NCBI RefSeq assembly: GCF_006345805.1
Contig: NC_043007.1
Location: forward strand, 22,630,001 to 22,694,000
DNA length: 64,000 nt
From: Octopus sinensis
Lineage: Eukaryota
Direction of reading: 5' to 3'
Shown here in pieces: positions 37,173 through 50,852 of this stretch. The notes under the pieces were generated by a model that had not been told where the DNA came from, ran no database searches, and was given only the letters and a program-made list of their open reading frames with translations. Position 1 is the stretch's first letter; each line of letters opens with the position of its first letter. A program made the position numbers and the translations under genes.

Positions 37173-39096
37173 TTAAATATGATAGTATTAAAACAAAAAG
37201 TATTCTTCAAATGCTAGGTGAAATGAAACTGCTCTGGAAAAGAACACATAATGTTTTACAGATTTTGCTGCTCATTGGCATTGTGTAGTCACCCCACTTC
37301 CAAAATAAACTTGAAATAGCCTGCTAGAAGCATATTAATGTCAAATAATGTAAAATCTATTTACTGATATGAAATTGTGCTGCACAAGTAGAATAAAATT
37401 CAAATTTTGTGTGTGCGTAAGGTGGCAAGCTGGCAGAATTGTTAGCATGCCAGACAAAATGCTTAGCAGTATTTCATCCATCTTTGCATTCTGAGTTCAA
37501 ATTGTGCCATGGTCAACTTTACCTTTCATTCTTTTTTTTGGGGGGGGGGTCATTAAAATAAGTACCAGTTGAGCAGTGGGGCTGACGTGATTGACTACTT
37601 CCTCCCCCAAAATTTCAGTAGTAGAACGTGTGTATGTGTGTGTGTGTGTGCGCATCATCATTACCGTTTAACGTCTGCTTTCTATGCTAGCATGGGTTGG
37701 ACGATTTTGACTGAGGGCTGGCGAACCAGATGGCTGCACCAGGCTCCAATCTTGATCTGGTAGAGTTTCTACAGCTGGATGCCCTTCCTAATGCTAACCA
37801 CTTCAAGAGTGTAGAGGGTGCTTTTATGTGCCACTTGCACAAGGGCTAGTCAGGCGGTACAGCCATGTATTCTGATTGTTGGGGTGCATGCAATGTAAAT
37901 GTAAATGTAAATAAATGTCGATAGTATCAATAATGAATATAAACATTAGGTGGTGCCCCAGCATGGCCGCGGCCTTCGGGCTAAAACATTTTAAAGGATA
38001 TTAAGGATTTATTTCACACTTGTTCTCATTTGAGCAAAGCAGTGGTATCTTTTATCTTTTACTTGTTTCAGCCACTGGACTGTGGCCATACTGGGGCACT
38101 ACCTAATGTTTATATTCATTATTGATACTATGACCAGCTGGTCTTTGCTTTTGAAGACCTCTAGAATACAAATCACTTACTTCAAAGACAAAGAAAAGTT
38201 GACAAAGAGAACAGGATCTACCCATCCCATTTAGGTTAGTATGGAAAACACAGTAATTAACAAACACATATATTTATATATACACCCACGTATATATAAA
38301 TATACACACGCACACATCATCATCATCGTTTAATGTCCGTTTTCCATGCTGGCATGGGTTGGACAGTTCGACCAGGATCTGAGAAGCCAGGAGGCTGCAC
38401 CAGGTTCCAGTCTGATCAGGCAATGTTTCTACAGCTTGATGCCCTTCCTAACGCCAACCACTCCGTGAGTGTAGTGGGTGCGTTTTACGTGCCAGGCGAG
38501 GCTGGCACACACATGAACATTTATGTGCATGTGTGACTCTGTATGTGTGTGTGTGTGTGAGTGAAGGTGTATGACAGTGGTTAGGGTATTCAGCTCATTA
38601 TTACAAGGTCATGAGTCCAATACCAGGTGGCATCTTATATCCTTGAACAAGACATTTTATTCACATTATTCCAGTCCACTCATCTGGTAAAACTGAGTAG
38701 AACCTATTTCTTTACTACCCACAAGGGGCTAAACACAGAGAGGACAAACAAGGACAGACAAACGGATTAAGTCGATTACATCGACCCCAGTGCGTAACTG
38801 GTACTTAATTTATCGACCCCAAATGTATTTATAGAGCTCCTCTGGCAACATTGTTTAATGTGTTTCTATTTGGAGATCTGACTGCTATTTCATGCATGTT
38901 GAGTGACCACATCGAGGTCCTATGATTACATTAATTGTTTAATGTTTTCCTTTTTTTAAATGGCTGAGTGTGACTAGAAGGAGATCTGACTGCTATTTCT
39001 AGCAGATCCAGTATTCTCATTAAACTCAAACTAATTGTGATTGTTTATTTAGATGACAGAACAACTGAAAGAGAAAGAAAAGTAAACATCCTAACT

Positions 39097-39138
<42 letters not shown>

Positions 39139-39512
39139 GAAGTGCTCAACACTTTGTGACTGGCTGCTGACAGAAGAAAGTCCATTGATAAGTAATCCTG
39201 ATTGCATCCTATCAGCTGAAAAAACGTGAAGGCAATGCGATTCTATTTCAAAATATTAGTTTTCAATATTCTTGCAGACAGAGCTTCATGTTCAAGCATT
39301 CATTGACCCGTACCTAAAAGAATTAATTAAAAGGAATGCAAAGAGTTAAGGAAGCATGGCTGTGTGGTTAAGAAGCTTGCTTTGAAACCAGGTGGCTTCA
39401 GGTTCAGTCCTAGGTTGACCAATACCTTGTGGCTTCAGATACAGTCCTACTGTAGCCCCTGGGTTGAACAATACCATAGCCTGTTGTGTGTGTGTGTGTG
39501 TGTGTGTGTGTA

Positions 39513-39999
39513 TCTCTTTTACTCTTTTACTTGTTTCAGTCATTTGACTGTGGCCATGCCGGAGCACCGCCTTTAGCAAATCGACACCAGGACTTATTCT
39601 TTGTAAGCCTAGTACTTATTCTATTGGTCTCTTTTGCCGAACCGCTATATTACAGGGACGTAAACACACCACCATTGGTTGTCAAGTGATGCTGGGGGGA
39701 CACAGACACAAACATACACACATATATATATATATATATATACGATGGGCTTCTTTCAGTTTCTGTCTACCAAATCTACTCACAAAGCTTTGGTTGGCCT
39801 GAGGCTATAGTAGAAAACACTTGCGCAAGGTACCACACAGTGTATGTATGTATGTGTATATATATATATATATATAATATATATATATATACGATGGGCT
39901 TCTTTCAGTTTCTGTCTACCAAATCTACTCACAAAGCTTTGGTTGGCCTGAGGCTATAGTAGAAAACACTTGCGCAAGGTACCACACAGTGTATGTATG

Positions 40000-40030
<31 letters not shown>
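39513..40030 (-). mobile_element. SINE family A with a local duplication of about 150 bp
   Basis: tacgatgggcttctttcag...accacacagtgtatgtatg occurs at 39741 and again at 39890. Confidence 0.8.
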
Positions 40031-40031
<1 letters not shown>

Positions 40032-40032
40032 G

Positions 40033-40504
40033 GAGATCTACTGTGAACAGCTTGAGAGGCTTAAGTCAGCGCTAGAAGAAAAACGACCATCTTTGGCTTC
40101 AAGACAAAAGGTGTTCTTCCATCAGGATAATGCTTGGCCACATACAGCAAGGATGACAATCCAAAAGGCTGGAGCATTTTGAATGGGAAACGATGCCCCT
40201 CCTACCATATTCACTGGACATTGCCCCATCTGATTATCATTTATTCTGCAGTCTGCAAAATCATTTGGACGGAAAAAATGTGAATTCTGTAGATGAAGTC
40301 AGAACAGTACTAGAGAAGTATTTTATGTCATGGACAAGTGAATTTTGGAAGAAGGGTCTTGCAAGTCTACCAGATAGATGGAAGAGCTTTGGAGAAAATG
40401 AAGGAGAGTATATTTTAGATTAAAAAAGAGCTTTGTTTATCTTAACTTTGAAAACTAAAAGAAGTATAAAAAAAAAACTGCATTATTTATGAGATGACCC
40501 AATA
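40033..40504 (+). pseudogene. Mariner transposase C-terminal remnant with right TIR
   Basis: FFHQDNAWPHT, then a frameshift, then PYSLDIAPSDYHLFCSLQNHL...DRWK...GEYILD; ends gatgacccaata. Confidence 0.88.
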
Positions 40505-43170
40505 TATATACACACACACACAGATGTATGTATATGTCAATGGGTGCCTTTAGAGGAGTCTCTACTGTGGGAAGCACTTGGACTAGGTTTCCAGTTAGAG
40601 AATAAATAGTTTGAAATATTGGCATAAGTCCAGCAATTTTAAGGGAAGCAAGTTAAGTTGACCAGTGATCAACTTGCCTTTTTGACCTGTAAGTATGAAA
40701 GGTAAAGTTGACTTTGGCAGAATTTGAGTCCGGAATGTAAAGAGCTGGAAGAAATGCTGCTAAGCATTTTGTCCAATATGTTAATAATTCTAACAGCTTG
40801 CCATCTTCAATGAGACAATAAATAGTTTCGTCTTTTTGTATTTGGTTTGCAAGATTCTTGATGTGAACTCATCTGTTGAAATATATATTTTGTTGATTTT
40901 CTTGGGTGCGTCATTGTGTCAATCATCATCATCATTGTTTAACGTTCGCTTTCCAGACTGAGGGCTGGCAAACCAGATCGCTGCACTAGGCTCCAATCTT
41001 GATCTGGCAGAGTTTCTACAGCTGGATGCCCTTCCTAACGCCAACCACTCCGAGAGTGCAGTGGGTGCTTTTACGTGCCACTGGCACGAGGGCCAGTCAG
41101 GTGTCAAATTCCGCCGAGGTCAACTTTGCCTTTCATCCATTCGGGGTCGATTAAATAAGTACCGGTTACACACTGGGGTTGATATAATCGGCTTAATCCA
41201 TTTATCTGTCCTTGTTTGTCCCCTCTGTGTGTAGCCCCTTGTGGGCAGTAAAGAAATTGGTACTGGCAATGGTCACAAAAAAAAATCTGTTTTTTTAAAT
41301 TTTACGTGTCACCTGCACACTGGCACAAGTGCCAGTAAGGCGACAATAAACACAAACACCAATTCTGTTTCACTTCTTTATTTTTATAACTCAGTTAATC
41401 AGTTAGACGGTTAACTAATTAATTTGTTAATAAAAATGTCACGAAACAGAATCATTACACGTTTTAATTACTGGCATAAAGACCCTCCAGAGACACAACA
41501 ATATAAATAGCTTGATATTTCAATATACTCTATTCTACAGAGGAAACCGAACAAACCCGGGTTGCTCCTTCTCTCTCTTCTATCTAGCCATAACCCTTTA
41601 GTGTTCAGATTACTCTGTTAAATGTAATACTTTTTCACTCAAATTGTTTTGAATTAATCATGCATTATGTTATATCTTTGAGGTTTCAATGATGTGATTG
41701 TCTATTTTTAGAATGTCAATGTAGGTTAGGTGTAAGAGGCTGGATATGGCCAGTTTGAATATAAAACATGTAGAATATCTGGGCCAGATATGGCCGGTTT
41801 AAACACTAAAGGGTTAAAGACCCAGCTAAATATCATGGATATTACCCTTGCTTTCATCTGATTGAGCCAAAAGCAAATAGCTGAATGATATAACTGTCCC
41901 ATTGCTGTGTAGTGCAGTGGTGGTACACAGTATATTGGCAAAACAGTACAGCAGTATTTATTTAATTATCACGTAAACTAGGGCAAGGCAGGGTGGTGCC
42001 TCTCGTTTGAACCTAATTTGGTGACGCTGTTCACTTTTGAAGGACATTTCGTTAAATAGGTCGAGTGTTTGACTGTGATTTCACGGCTTTCTAAATCTTT
42101 ATGCGTGCATGTGTGAGCGAGTGTGTATATGTATGTGCACGTGTGTGTGTATGTGTGTGTGTATGATTAAATGCAGTGTTTACATTTCTCGGTTTATAAG
42201 GTACACGTGATTCGTTTAATGCAGTTGGCATACATATACCATGTGTAGTTGAATGAAAATAACTGAGTGTGTGTGTTTGTGTTTGTGTGTGCGCGTGCAT
42301 GCACATATACTTTCAAAAGCATATGTGGGCGTGCACTTCTAAACACATGCTTGTGGCATGGTGGTGGAGGTGGGTGCTGGAAATGAAGAAGGGATGTAAA
42401 AAAAAAGAGATGCCGTATGAAGGGAAATAATGTAATTAGTTATGTTTGTCAGCCTCCCCGCATCATCCAGATACAACTGACAATGCATCAACAAAAACCC
42501 ACTACACACACCCATACTACTCCATCCATTCATCCATCCATCCACCTACTCCTACTTCTGAACACTTCCCTTAGGTCAAAGGTCATTCTTGTAGAATTGA
42601 CGGCAGGTGATGTAGAACAAAAAAAATAAAGGCAGGTGCTCTGCACGACCATCATAAAACTACATGCAAATCAGCACCATGACTACCACCACTACCACCA
42701 CCACCATTACATGCAATACACTACCACCACCGCAACCATTACAGCTACATACAAGGCACCACAACAGGCAAAGCACCACCACCACCACCACCACACTCAC
42801 AAAACACTATTATCATTGCCACACACACAAAACCCCACTACTACCACCATTACTACAACACAAAAAACATCTGCTATCACTAGTACTACTATCACCACTA
42901 CCACTGCTACCAACACTATCATACACTGATAAGAACACACTAAATTCCCCTACTTCCAACATGTTACAAGTATTCGTTTATACCCACACAAAAGGACTAA
43001 TTGGAAATCTAACCCTGAGTAGGTTTGAACTCACAACTGTAAGATCTTGAAGTAGATGTTATAGAAATCAACTTTAGCATGTGCAATGTTCCAATCCATA
43101 CTGAACATAGAATACCACACCACCACCACCACCAGATATGGGTTAAATTTCTTCAGAACATATATGTATG

Positions 43171-43212
<42 letters not shown>

Positions 43213-44749
43213 ACGATCCCAGTGTGTAACTGGTACTTATTTAATTGATCTTGAAAGGATAAAAGGCTAAGTTGATCTTGGTGGAATTTGTACTCGTATT
43301 GTGCAAAGAGCACTATACGAGCGTGATCATTGACAGAGCGGCTAACCGGCTTCCGTGCCAGTGACATTTAAAGGGTACCATTTGAGCGTGATCGTTACCA
43401 GCGTCGCCTTACTGGCACTTGTGCCCATGCTAGTAGGGTGCCAAGAGCACCATCCGAGCGTGATCGTTACCAGAGCAGCCAACTGGCTTCCGTGCCGGTG
43501 GCATGTAAAAGGCACCATTCAAGCATGATCATTACCAACGTCGTCTTAATGGCACCTGTGCCGGTGGCATGTGTAAAAGGATTCGAGCGAGGTCAGTGCC
43601 AGTACCGCCTGACTGGCCCCCGTGCTGGTGGTATGTAAAAATCACCCACTACACTCTCAGAGTGGTTGGCGGTAGGAAGGGCATCCAGCAGTAGAAACTC
43701 TGCCAAATCAAGATTGGTGCAACCATCTGGTCCGCCAGCCCTCAGTCAAAATCGTCCAACCCATGCTAGCATGGAAAGCGGACGTTAAACGATGATGATG
43801 ATGATGGTGATGAACGCAAAGACGCACGAAATACTGATAAGAATTTTGCCCGGCTTGCTAACGTTTCTGCCAGCTCACCGCCTTTAAGTTCAGTTTCAGT
43901 GCATGACACCTTGGGCAAGTGTCTTCTATCAAAGACTTGGACTGATTAGTCGATGCCTTGTAAGCAAAATTTTGAAGATGGAAATGGTGCAGGAGTTTGT
44001 CATACAGATAATTAAAATTTTTTTTTTCTTCCCCCGGAGAAAATTTTTATAAATCATGTAAAGCAGAGCAAAGATAAATAAATAAAATTTAATCTGTTAA
44101 ATGCTCTGGTAATGGAAATCAATTGTAAAAACAAAAAGCATTAAAGAAATGCAATAATGGTAATAAAGAATCTAATAAAAAAAAATTGCAACAACCAAAA
44201 ATCTAATTTCAAAAATTGCATTAACAGCTGCAGATCTTTCTGCATGAATGTAAGTGAATGTCTACATGCACACATACATATATACATGCACATACACATA
44301 TATGGCTCATCAATCAACACATTTTTAGTTCACAAGTTCTACAGCTTCAGTATTGTTATTGCAAGCCATCTCACTTCTCTCAAAAAAGCATCTTGGGTAT
44401 ATGCAGCAAAAAAAAAAAATAATAAATAAATAAAAAAAAAGCAAACAAAAAAATAACCCATATACATCAAGTTGTAAGCAATCAGTAGGAAATTATTCAT
44501 TTTTTGCTATTATTAATTAATTAATTAATAATCATTACCAACAATTCTGCTGTTATTATTTAGGTACGGTCAATGTTGAAATACATCTGCAGAACTGAAA
44601 TACATCAACAACCCCGCTTCAGTTCTTACCCATCTTCCTCTACTCTACCAGGGTACATTGCCAGGACCTTCCCTACCTTTATCTCCTGACATGCTCAAGG
44701 TGACCTTTTATTCTTGACAATCAGTCACTATCACTTCCTTGGTAGTTAA

Positions 44750-44967
44750 ACCCTCAGAACGTAAAGACAGACGAAATACTTATTTCTTTACTACCCACAA
44801 GGGGCTAAACACAGAGGGGACAAACAAGGAGAGACAAACGGATTAAGTCGATTATATCGACCCCAGTGCGTAACTGGTACTTAATTTATCAACCCCGAAA
44901 AGATGAAAGGCAAAGTCAACCTCGGAGGAATTTGAACTCAGAACGTAACGGCAGATGAAATACCTAT
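44750..44967 (-). mobile_element. SINE family B body with junction remnants on both sides
   Basis: cagacgaaatact|tatttc at 44779/44780 and gaaatacctat at about 44957-44967. Confidence 0.8.
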
Positions 44968-47116
44968 AGGTTCAATGACCGATCAGTTGTGCCAAATTGC
45001 TAGTGTCCAAACACCAATGGCCGGCTAAACTCATTCTATCTGAAGACTGATACAGGCAAGAAGAGATCTTTTAGTCTTGCTATGGACAATTTCTCTAATG
45101 GCAGTTCATATTGTAAAGTGGTTGGTGATAGGAAGAACACAGTCATACCAACCTTGACATTCACAACAAAACTGTCAGTTTTATCTGTAGGTGTACCTGA
45201 TGACAAAGGATGGCAATGAATGACAAGATATGGTGAAAACCGGCCAACACATTCTAACATGGAGAAGAATGCAAAATGATAACGAGAATTTATTTGTATG
45301 TGTATGCAAGTAACTTCATTTATCACTGATTCATTCATCACTGATCTGGAACAACATGGTACACTCAATTGTGAACCATATCATTCTTATCGTGGAGGCA
45401 CGTGGCTTAGTGGTTAGGGTGTCAGCATCATGATTGTAAGATTGTGGTTTCGATTCCTGGACCGGGCGATGCGTTGTGTTCTTGAGCAAAACACTTCATT
45501 TCACGTTGCTCCAGTCCACTCAGCTGGCAAAAATGAGTAACACTGCGATGGACTGGTGTCCCGTCCAGCTGGGGAACACATACGCTACAGAAACCGGGCC
45601 CATGAGCCTGGCTTAGGCTTTAAAAGGTTGCATTTATTATTTAGTTATTTAATTATTATCATGCTTATCACAGATTGCTGAGTGATAACACAGGCCAGTG
45701 ATCAGTTCTGCTTGTACACAAAAACCCACCCTCAGTGATCACCCACAATGCACAGCTACCCATTGTGCCAAAACTATCATTTCTGTTTTAAATGTCTGTG
45801 TCATGTGGCTGCTTATTTCTTTATAAAGGTTTATGTAATTTTACCTATCAACATGACACCAGCAAACAGACAAAATATGAGGTTGCATAGTCTAATAAGC
45901 AGCAAGACAGGCAAATGTACTCTCTACAGAAACAGGTATAGATCAGTGGTTCTCAATAGTTTTTTTACCTATGGACCCCTTTGATTACTATTTTACTCAG
46001 GTGGACCCCCATATCCATTTGATATTTAAAAACTAGTTTCATAGTACATCTTTCAAAATTCCTATTTTGCTTTACTTACATTAACTTATGTAGGTTGAAC
46101 TCTTTATTCTGTTATTTGTTTCAGTCATTTGACTGCGACCATGCTGGAGCACTGCCTTTAGTCGAGCAAATCGACCCCAGGACTTATTCTTTGTAAGCCT
46201 GCTGAATCTCCCTGAGAACTACATTAAGGGTACTCATGCGTGTGCTTAGGTGTTTCGCGCATAAACACACACATCGCCTGGTCTGAGATTCGAACCCACA
46301 ATCCCTCGACCATGAGTATGCTGCTCTAACCACTAGGCCATGTGCCTCCACGTTAGCTGAGTAAAGAGCAGTAATAAGAAAGAGAGATGACAAAGGAATA
46401 AAGGATTATCTTACAAACTTCATTGGCTAACAGCTGTTTCTACTATGAAAGGCAATGGACTCAGCTTCATTGGAGCCTTGAATATGAAGTGCAATTTATT
46501 TGGGAAAGAATTTACATTTGTGTGTATATAGGGAATGATATCAACAATGAGAAAACAGTGAACAACTGGTCAAAACAGGGGAGATCACTGGTGTAAGACA
46601 AACCCCATTCACTCTCCCCACCTTACAAATCATACAGCTACTATTACAGCTATCACCAATACCATTGCTACAGTTACTATTGCCACCGCCTTTGGTTTAC
46701 TATCACCATCACCACTACCTTGGGAGACAATATAGCTGGCAATATGATTACATGGATGTGGATCATGTTATTGTTCAACTAATAATTGTTTGACCTGGAT
46801 TACACAGCAACCACCATTCATCTCCAATACTACAGTAACCACTGCCATTATTTTTATTTGTATCACCAGCAGTACAATTACTATGACTATATCACATCAG
46901 CTGCAACGGTACAACTAAATTGCATCGTGTAGAGGAGGCCCTGGTTTGAGAGTTTCAGGATTTTGAGGAGTCGTTGATATTATTTCCGAGATAGAGTAGA
47001 CATATGTGAAGAATTGTGGCTAACAGGTGATCTATCATCATCATCATCACCATTTAATGTCAAAGGAGGATGAAGATGATGACAGAATCACCTGTTAGCC
47101 ACAATTCTTCACATCA

Positions 47117-47575
47117 AGGCGCAGGAGTGGCTGTGTGGTAAGTAGCTTGCTTACCAACCACATGGTTCTGGGTTCAGTCCCACAGAGTGGCACCTTGGGC
47201 AAGTGTCTTCTACTATAGCCTCAGGCTGACCAAAGCCTTGAGTGGATTTGATAGATGGAAACTGAAAGAAGCCTGTCATATATATATATATATATATATG
47301 TATGTGTATATGTATGTATGTATGTATGTATGCATGCATGCATATATATGTGTGTGTGTGTGTGTGTATGCATATGTTTGTGTGTCTGTGTTTGTTCCCC
47401 CAACATTGCTTGACAACCGATGCTGATGTGTTTACGTCCCTGTAACTTAGCGGTTCAGCAAAAAGATAGAAAAAGATAGGATACTGATAGAATAAGTACT
47501 AGGCTTACAAAGAATAAGTCCTGGGGTTGGGTTGCTCGACTAAAGGCAGAGCTCCAGTATGGCCACAGTGAAATG
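47117..47575 (+). mobile_element. SINE family A, full length
   Basis: Homology to other A copies. Further copies at about 7501-7675(+), 12234-12398(+), 14845-15135(+), 50710-50978(-) and 52160-52520(-). Confidence 0.8.
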
Positions 47576-47718
47576 ACAGCTGGGAGATTCAGCAGGATTA
47601 CAGGTAATACTCATTTATCCCTGGAGCAACACGAAATAAAATTGTCTTGCTCAAGGACATAACGCAGTGCACGATATTGAACTCATGACCTACTGATCGC
47701 AAGCCATATACCCTAACC

Positions 47719-47937
47719 CAGTGGTTTTCAACCAGGGTTCCGCGGAACCTTAGGGTTCCGCCAGTACAGTCCAGGGGTTCTGCAAGAAGTTACAAAACTG
47801 CTAAAATCGGCAGTAATTTTTAATTCTCCTGTGCAGATATGTGTGCATAAGACTATTAAATTATTGCACAGGGGTTCCTCGAGCCAGTGGAATGTTTCCT
47901 TGGGGTTCCGCTCCAGCAAAAAGTTTGAAAAGCACTG
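47719..47937. mobile_element. hAT-type MITE
   Basis: TIR CAGTGGTTTTCAA / TTGAAAAGCACTG; exact 8-bp TSD ccctaacc at 47711-47718 and 47938-47945. Confidence 0.88.
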
Positions 47938-48456
47938 CCCTAACCACTTGGCTGCATGCCTTCACTTACAATAAACACAACTATATTCCCTACAACAAAA
48001 CTATAGCTAGGGCTGCACCTACAACAACAATGCACAACAGCTAAAATAAGGTTCAGCACCATTGTCATAATCTAAGTTACATCCACCACTACCGCAACCA
48101 CCATCACCAACATAACTGTAATCCCCACCACCACCACCATTGTTAGTATTGCCTTCAGCAAGGCCATGGCTTCTTGTCACACCAAAACTTTGTTTAGTAT
48201 TATACTGCAAGGACAATGGGGGGGATAGAAAACCTGAGGACAGTTTCTACATTTTTCACAGAGCCTCAATTCATGTATTAAGATTTATAGATATTTCAGA
48301 CAGCATCAAAGATCTCACGCTTAAAAAACCAAATAGATATGGCATGACTCATCAACTTTACACACACACACACACACATACACTACAAGCATATTATGTA
48401 CACAAACAAATATGCACTAGTTAGGCACAAACAGGTACAGCTCCGCATTCAATATG

Positions 48457-48487
<31 letters not shown>

Positions 48488-49414
48488 TCAGTAAACAGGA
48501 AATGAATCTGAGATTTCACAAAGGAAAACAAAGATAGTAGAGGATTGTCACTGTTAAAGTAATTCTAGGATTGAAATCTTATGTTATTAGGTAAAAAATT
48601 AACAATCATCATCATCATCATCGTTTAACGTCCGCTTTCCATGCTAGCATGGGTTGGACGATTTGACTGAGGACTGGCGAACCAAGTGGCTGCACCAGGC
48701 TCCATTCTGATCTGGCAGGGTTTCTACAGCTGGATGCTCTTCCTAATGCCAACCAATCCGAGAGTGTAGTGGGTGCTTTTATGTGCTACCGGCACGAGGG
48801 TCAGTCAGGCAGTACTGGCAATGGCCACGCTCAAATGGCATTTTTTATGTGCCACCTGTACAGTAGCCAGTCCAGCGGCACTGGCAACAACCTCACTTGA
48901 ATTTTTTTTTACGTGCCACCTACACAGGAGGCTAGTCCAGCAGCACTGGCAATGACCTTGCACGAATGTTTTTTCACGTGCCACCAGCACAAGTGCCAGT
49001 AAGGCAATGCTGGTAACTATCACGCTTGAATGGTGCTTTTGAATGGAAGCCAGTTAGCTGCTCTGGCAACAATCATGCTCAGATGGTGCTCTTAACTAAA
49101 AAATAAAGTTGTGGATGATTAGTATATATATAGGGCATAAAAACTATGAATATAATCAGAATAGCTTATGGCTATCATTTTTGTTATTATGATTGCAATT
49201 ATGCTGAGTTTTAGTTCCTGTTTTGTTATTCATAAGTAACGTTTACCAATGCAATGAATATTTTGATAAGTGGAGAGAACTGTACATCCTTGAATTGATG
49301 AATTCTGTAAAATTTGGCAGTCTTTCTCAGAATACCCCCAATGACGTGACCATGTGGGGTCGTTGTTAAAAAATATTCAAATACATAATTACTACTGTAA
49401 TTTTAAATAATATA

Positions 49415-49445
<31 letters not shown>

Positions 49446-49455
49446 ATATGTGACT

Positions 49456-49771
49456 TAATAAAACTCAGAGTTTCAGATACCGGGGCTGAAGTCTGCTCTG
49501 GCATCTCATTAGTTATTAAGACAAAACGTGCTTTGTCTTACTAAAATTCTGAGTTTTATTATGACAACCAACTAATTGTCACATCATCATCATCATCATC
49601 ATCATTTAAAGCGGACGTTAAATGATGATGATGATGATGATGATGTGACAATTAGTTGGTTGTCATAATAAAACTCAGAATTTTAGTAAGACAAAGCGCG
49701 TTTTGTCTTAATAACTAATGAGATGCCAGAGCAGACTTCAGCCCCGGTATCTGAAACTCTGAGTTTTATTA
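49456..49771. repeat. Near-perfect palindrome: 154-bp arms, 8-nt spacer (inverted duplication of a MITE of about 150 bp)
   Basis: Arms at 49456-49609 and 49618-49771 differ at one position; spacer agcggacg. Confidence 0.92.
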
Positions 49772-49871
49772 TGGCAACCAACTAATTGTCACATATTATA
49801 TTTATAAATAAATTACTCTATTTACATAATATCAAGGTATCATTCATTCTTTTATTGTCATATTATTATTA

Positions 49872-49904
<33 letters not shown>

Positions 49905-49980
49905 TACATATATTGTTTTCTCAAATGGAAGAGGATGACTATATAGAGATTTTAATTAAAATACATTTAAATGTTCTTTT

Positions 49981-50640
49981 GAGCAGAAAATAGACTCCAT
50001 CAAATGCCAGGTGGGCAAGCTAGAGGTAGTAGATAGCTTCCGTTATCTAAGTGACCAAGTTAGTAGTGGAGGTGGATGCTCCAAGAGCATAGCTGAGAGA
50101 ATGAGATTGGGATGGGAAAAATTCTGAGAGCTCCTATCCTGCTGGCAACAAAGGGTCTCTCTCTCAGAGTGAAAGGCAAATTGTTTGATGCCTGTATGTG
50201 AACAGCTATGCTTCGTGGCAGTGAAAATGGGCTGTGACAGCCGAGGACATGTGTAGACATGAAAGAAATGAAGCCAGTATGCTTTGCTGGATGTGTAATG
50301 TCAGTGTGTGTGTTCGACAGAGTGTAAGCATCTTGAGAGAAAAGTTAGGCATAAGAGGCATCAGATGTGGTGTGCAAGAGAGACGACTGTGCTGGTACGG
50401 TCATGTGATGCATATGGACTAGAACAGCAGTGTAAAGAAGTGCCAATCTCTAACTGTGGAGGGAAGTTGTGGTAAGGGTAGACCCAGGAAGACATGGAAC
50501 GAGATGGCGAAGCATGATCTTTGAATTTTGAGCCTCACAGAGGCAATGACAGGTGTCTGAGAGATTTTTGGCAATGTGTTGTACTTGAGAGGACCTGTCA
50601 AGCCAAGTGTACCTGTGCTGGTGGCATGTAAAGAACACCT
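49981..50640 (+). pseudogene. Degenerate RTE (BovB-like) LINE ORF2 3' fragment
   Basis: LEVVDSFRYL...VKGKLFDAC...ERRLCWYGHV...GRPRKTW, with stops and frameshifts; runs into family-D 3' UTR sequence. Confidence 0.85.
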
Positions 50641-50814
50641 TTTAAGCATTGGGACTCATGGAAGCAAAGTGGGTGAGCTCCTTTTGAGAGTTGGGTCTCA
50701 CATCTCTCTTTCGCCGAACTGCTAAGTTATGGGGATGCAAACACACCAACACTGGTTGTCAAGTTGTGGTGTGGGACAAACAACAAACACATTATATATT
50801 ATATATATATATAT

Positions 50815-50852
<38 letters not shown>

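Noticed and set aside
45036-45368. 110-aa minus-strand ORF in non-repetitive sequence
   Set aside because: No recognisable domain and only a vague LSPT resemblance to RT motifs; no supported splice sites linking it to the PTP.
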